Below the pieces are notes generated by a model. The model ran no database searches. It saw only the letters and a program-made list of their open reading frames with translations, and was not told the DNA's origin. From an archaeon (GTDB lineage: Archaea; Aenigmatarchaeota; Aenigmatarchaeia; CG10238-14; SCSR01), in contig DATDXT010000033.1 of assembly GCA_035289185.1 (NCBI GenBank), positions 1-30,416 on the forward strand: a stretch of DNA of 30,416 bases, in the 5' to 3' direction. Positions within the stretch are counted from its first letter, which is position 1. Each line of letters starts with the position of its first letter. Below are positions 27,314 through 30,416 of this stretch, in pieces. The position numbers and the translations under genes were made by a program.

Positions 27314-28741
27314 ATTTTCCTTCTCAAAATAAGTCCTTAAAAATATACAAAAATCTTCATTCGCCATCAAAGCTTTGGAAATAGAATCTGCATCCGAATA
27401 AATCCTGAACCCTTTCATCATCTGCTCTGCTATGTAGTTCGGTATTCCCTTAGCCTTCAGTGTGTTTATGTCTTTTTTCAAGCTATCGACAAGCTTGTCC
27501 CTCGCGTTCAAGAACCTTCTTTCTATCTCCACAACCCATTTATCATTCTCTATAAAAGGACCGTTGATGATGTCTCCTTTCATGTATTTTTCAATGAACC
27601 TCTTTGCATCGTCTACGTCAAAAACGCTAGGTCCGATCCTCTTTTGAACATTGGGCAGATTCTCATAAAATTCCATCTCCAATAAAACTACAGCAATGTC
27701 CTTATCGTTCGTATAGACGTCCTTTCTCAAGACCTTGAACTCATTTTTAGTTTCTTCCAGTATGCTTTCTATCCTGTCTGCGAACTTCCTCAATTGTGGC
27801 CAAAGAATATCAGGAACAACCTTCGGAGGATCCATCTTTACCACCAGAAGCCCTGTGTTTCTTTTCTCTAGATAACTGGTCAGTTCTGCAGTAGTCAACG
27901 GCTTTACATTCTTTTTGATGAAAAATGATTTTGCAGGCTCTTTTAAGAAAGCTTTTACAACTTTTATAAGTTTGAAGAAATTCTCTGGCGAAACAGCGGA
28001 TGCAACGTTCCTGTTCTTGTCTGTAGGGTCTATCAAAACCAATGCCTCCCCCCTGAACTTGTGATTCAGGCTCTTGTAATCCTTCTTATCATAGTATTTT
28101 TCCGTGTCTATAATTTCCCCAGGCTTCCAGTCTGCAATGTTTTTCAAAACGTTCATGAATTTGCCATAGTTTATTACCAGTACTTCGCATGCATATCCAG
28201 ACAAACCTTGCGCTCTAGCATCAGCGCCATAGACTCCACCAGCTTTGCATAATTGCTTCAAAAGTCTGACCTCATCTGAAAGCGATTGTGGCAGGTTCTT
28301 GTCAAGATATCTTACATGGAAAGGTGTCCTATCAACTGCAGACTTTATCTCCTTCGTAGATTCTACAGCATAACAAGGCACTATGTCCACTTGCATTCCA
28401 TCGATTTCGCCTGTCACATAAGGATGCTGCGCATATTCCACCCAAGACGTTCCTTTCAACCTTTTGATCACCGCCCTACCTACAGATATCCCTATGTCTT
28501 CCAGTTCCTTCTCTGGCAGGCTTTTGGGAAAAACAAGGAAAACATCGCATTCTTTCTTGTCAGGCAGCCATGTATTCCTAGTAACGCTTCCAGCAGACAT
28601 CGCTTCTGCACCATACTTTTCTATCTCTATGTCCGCAAAAGCAACAATCTTCTTAGACAAAGTCTTTAGCTTTTCCTCGTCTTCCTTGCTCGGCTTTACT
28701 ATCTTCAATGCTTCGTTGATGACTTTCTGATAATTGTCCAT
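27305..28741 (-). CDS. cca: CCA-adding enzyme (archaeal class I tRNA nucleotidyltransferase)
   Basis: The GSVTRNTWLPDKKECDVFLVFP NTase motif and overall length match the archaeal enzyme. The start MDNYQKVINE is preferred over the upstream M at 28774. Confidence 0.85.
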   Translation of the reverse strand: MDNYQKVINEALKIVKPSKEDEEKLKTLSKKIVAFADIEIEKYGAEAMSAGSVTRNTWLPDKKECDVFLVFPKSLPEKELEDIGISVGRAVIKRLKGTSWVEYAQHPYVTGEIDGMQVDIVPCYAVESTKEIKSAVDRTPFHVRYLDKNLPQSLSDEVRLLKQLCKAGGVYGADARAQGLSGYACEVLVINYGKFMNVLKNIADWKPGEIIDTEKYYDKKDYKSLNHKFRGEALVLIDPTDKNRNVASAVSPENFFKLIKVVKAFLKEPAKSFFIKKNVKPLTTAELTSYLEKRNTGLLVVKMDPPKVVPDILWPQLRKFADRIESILEETKNEFKVLRKDVYTNDKDIAVVLLEMEFYENLPNVQKRIGPSVFDVDDAKRFIEKYMKGDIINGPFIENDKWVVEIERRFLNARDKLVDSLKKDINTLKAKGIPNYIAEQMMKGFRIYSDADSISKALMANEDFCIFLRTYFEKENLA

Positions 28742-28759
28742 AAATTTATTTTCTATCTG
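28721..28759. repeat. Direct repeat copy A spanning the cca start codon
   Basis: gactttctgataattgtccataaatttattttctatctg is about 33 of 40 identical to 29261..29300. Confidence 0.75.
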
Positions 28760-28802
28760 CAAGACTATAATCATTTATAAACTGTAGTAACAATAGGAAT
28801 TT

Positions 28803-28988
28803 ATGACAGAGCTTGAAACTTTGCATGCAGAAATAGATGAAATAAGGTCAAATGTGACAAAGATACTATTCATACTTGAAAACGAAGGCGAAGTAAATAA
28901 AAAAGTATTGAAAGAGCTGAAAGAAAGTAAAAGTGCTACAAAAGACAAATTCTTGCCCCACGAAACTCTTAAGAGATCTTTGAAATGA
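28803..28988 (+). CDS. Putative type II antitoxin, 61 aa, helical and charged
   Basis: Small ORF whose stop overlaps the relE start (ATGA). Confidence 0.5.
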   Translation: MTELETLHAEIDEIRSNVTKILFILENEGEVNKKVLKELKESKSATKDKFLPHETLKRSLK

Positions 28989-29242
28989 CATGGCATATAG
29001 AATGGTACAGAAAGGCCGCAAAAAATCTGGAATCTTTACCCAAAGAAATTCGTGATAGAGTTGTTAAATACATAGACAAAGTTCAACAAGCCCCATTTAA
29101 TTTTCTAGAACACTTTGAGCTGAAAGGCTATTATAAAATCAGAGTAGGTGATTATAGGGCAATTGCTTCTGTAGATTTTCAAAACAAAATCATTTCTATT
29201 ATTATATTTGATCATAGGAAAAGAATTTACAAAAGACTTTAA
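28985..29242 (+). CDS. relE: RelE/ParE-family type II toxin (mRNA interferase)
   Basis: ...ELKGYYKIRVGDYRAIASVDFQNKIISIIIFDHRKRIYKRL is the hallmark RelE/StbE C-terminus. 85 aa. Confidence 0.85.
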   Translation: MTWHIEWYRKAAKNLESLPKEIRDRVVKYIDKVQQAPFNFLEHFELKGYYKIRVGDYRAIASVDFQNKIISIIIFDHRKRIYKRL

Positions 29243-29251
29243 TAAGTTCCA

Positions 29252-29281
29252 TTATAAAAAGACTTTCTGATAAATGTCCAT
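29252..29281 (-). pseudogene. Duplicated 5' remnant of cca (ATG + MDIYQKVFL-stop)
   Basis: The reverse complement reads atg gac att tat cag aaa gtc ttt tta taa, compared with the authentic cca start MDNYQKVIN. Confidence 0.5.
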
Positions 29282-29300
29282 AAAATTACTTTCTGTTTAG
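29261..29300. repeat. Direct repeat copy B (flanks the TA cassette distal to cca)
   Basis: gactttctgataaatgtccataaaattactttctgtttag. Confidence 0.75.
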
Positions 29301-29416
29301 TTAAAGAAAAATTAGGAATGTTATACGTATAACAAATCATATAATTACTCAAAAATGGTGAAAAAGTTGGGTATTTAAAGTTTAATTTTCTATAGAAAGT
29401 TAAGAAAGTGATTAAA

Positions 29417-29899
29417 ATGGAAGAAGGTCTGACAGCAGGACAGCAAGAACTTGTAGACAAACTAGATAAAATTATTGATAAATTAGATAGCAGACATGGA
29501 TATGTTGACAGCGAAAGTCTAAGACATAATGTGGAAAGCATGTATAACTTAGGAATGTTGAATTATGATGGTGGTTTTAAAAGAACAGTTGCAGGAAGAG
29601 AATCTTCTATACCAAATGAAATGCTAGAAGTCGCAATTGCCCTGTACGTTGATAAGTCTCTTATTAAAAAATTGAGAGCCTTGGCAGCAGCGAATGACAT
29701 AGAACTCGATCCAAGCAAGGTCAGATATGTCGTAGCTTTATACGGATTGGATAAAGAAGAAAAGGGATATGTGGTGGAGCTTATTAAAAACCATGAGGAG
29801 AGATGGGGAAAGAGGATTGAAGATGGTGTTTTGTACAGACCAAATAAAGAAAATGTGGCAACGATAACAGATTTATTGTCAAGAGAAGATGCCAAATAA
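29417..29899 (+). CDS. Hypothetical protein, about 160 aa
   Basis: ORF with the start context taaaATGgaagaa. No recognisable motif. Confidence 0.45.
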   Translation: MEEGLTAGQQELVDKLDKIIDKLDSRHGYVDSESLRHNVESMYNLGMLNYDGGFKRTVAGRESSIPNEMLEVAIALYVDKSLIKKLRALAAANDIELDPSKVRYVVALYGLDKEEKGYVVELIKNHEERWGKRIEDGVLYRPNKENVATITDLLSREDAK

Positions 29900-29992
29900 A
29901 CTGCATATTTCTATAATTACTCTAAAGTAGTCAATAATTAAAGCTTTATATACTTAAGAAGCATAATAATTGTAACTAAAAAGTGGTTACAA

Positions 29993-30416
29993 ATGACAGG
30001 AACAAAAAGCAATTATGTGAGTGAATGGAAAACAGTTAGTGACAATAGTCTCTTGGAAATCATGCCAGAATTTTTAATCGATTGGATAATAAGAGGTTCT
30101 AATGAGCAAGGCAGAGGAATAGATGAATATACTATAGAGCCTAAACACAACCCATTAGCAGCTTATTTTCAAAAACTTGGTATTAAGACAGATAGACAAG
30201 TAGGATGTTCTGTTATAGAATATATAAGAGTGACAAATTCTGGTGCACGTTATGTTTACAGAAGCCTATCACCACGTGATCATTATGAAACAGATTCTGA
30301 AACGAAGCTTAACAGGGTAGAACAGATACTTGTCGGAGACTCTGTAAAATTGGAAAGAATTGTAAGAGAAGAGCTGGTTAAAGTAGAAGAAAAGTATAAT
30401 GATCCGACACGTTTCT
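29993..30416 (+). CDS. Hypothetical protein, 3' partial (open to the window end)
   Basis: Hand-translated open frame from the ATG at 29993 with no stop codon. Confidence 0.4.
   Translation, partial: MTGTKSNYVSEWKTVSDNSLLEIMPEFLIDWIIRGSNEQGRGIDEYTIEPKHNPLAAYFQKLGIKTDRQVGCSVIEYIRVTNSGARYVYRSLSPRDHYETDSETKLNRVEQILVGDSVKLERIVREELVKVEEKYNDPTRF

Noticed and set aside
28796-29325. Possible extension of the TA-flanking repeat (aataggaat / attaggaat segments)
   Set aside because: The segments are not collinear with the main repeat and match only about 12 of 18 positions. They are treated as chance similarity.
1-30416. CRISPR arrays, tRNA, rRNA, SRP RNA or RNase P RNA
   Set aside because: There are no regularly spaced repeats. 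All intergenic gaps are AT-rich and lack the GC-rich cloverleaf-like segments expected for structured RNAs. The largest gaps (11330..11538, 24572..24937, 26117..26467) were inspected.

Overview
The window is an AT-rich archaeal chromosomal segment. The archaeal assignment follows from split rpoB and rpoA genes, rpoH, the Nop5-fibrillarin pair, FtsZ, SRP54/FtsY, prefoldin alpha, TrmY and an archaeal class I CCA-adding enzyme. Shine-Dalgarno-like GGTG/GGAGG motifs and oligo-T terminators suggest a Euryarchaeota- or DPANN-like lineage. The core is a minus-strand RNA polymerase operon rpoH-rpoB''-rpoB'-rpoA'-rpoA'' with rpoD fused at its 3' end, which is a non-canonical neighbour. Upstream on the same strand lie nop5, fibrillarin, a pol-beta-type nucleotidyltransferase and a polytopic membrane gene. 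A plus-strand block carries a DMT transporter gene, pfdA and ftsY, two unknown genes, then srp54. Two small toxin-type cassettes stand out. (1) A stand-alone class II Fic/AMPylase gene of about 1.07 kb is bracketed by a 28-bp direct repeat. The distal repeat copy re-encodes the last eight codons of SRP54 (AKQMGLKF-stop) with only synonymous differences. The cassette also carries a TGTAGTCACC motif three times plus an inverted copy that forms a hairpin at the fic stop. (2) A RelE/antitoxin pair of about 0.5 kb is bracketed by a 35-40-bp direct repeat that duplicates the start codon and first codons of the CCA-adding enzyme gene. Together these look like integrase-less gene-end-targeting cassette insertions. 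Other points of note are a membrane-anchored class A beta-lactamase-like gene divergent from trmY across a perfect 28-bp palindrome, an FtsZ with a GLGKGTGTG variant of the tubulin signature next to an orphan receiver domain, and several clusters of uncharacterized small genes. No tRNA, rRNA or CRISPR array is apparent.
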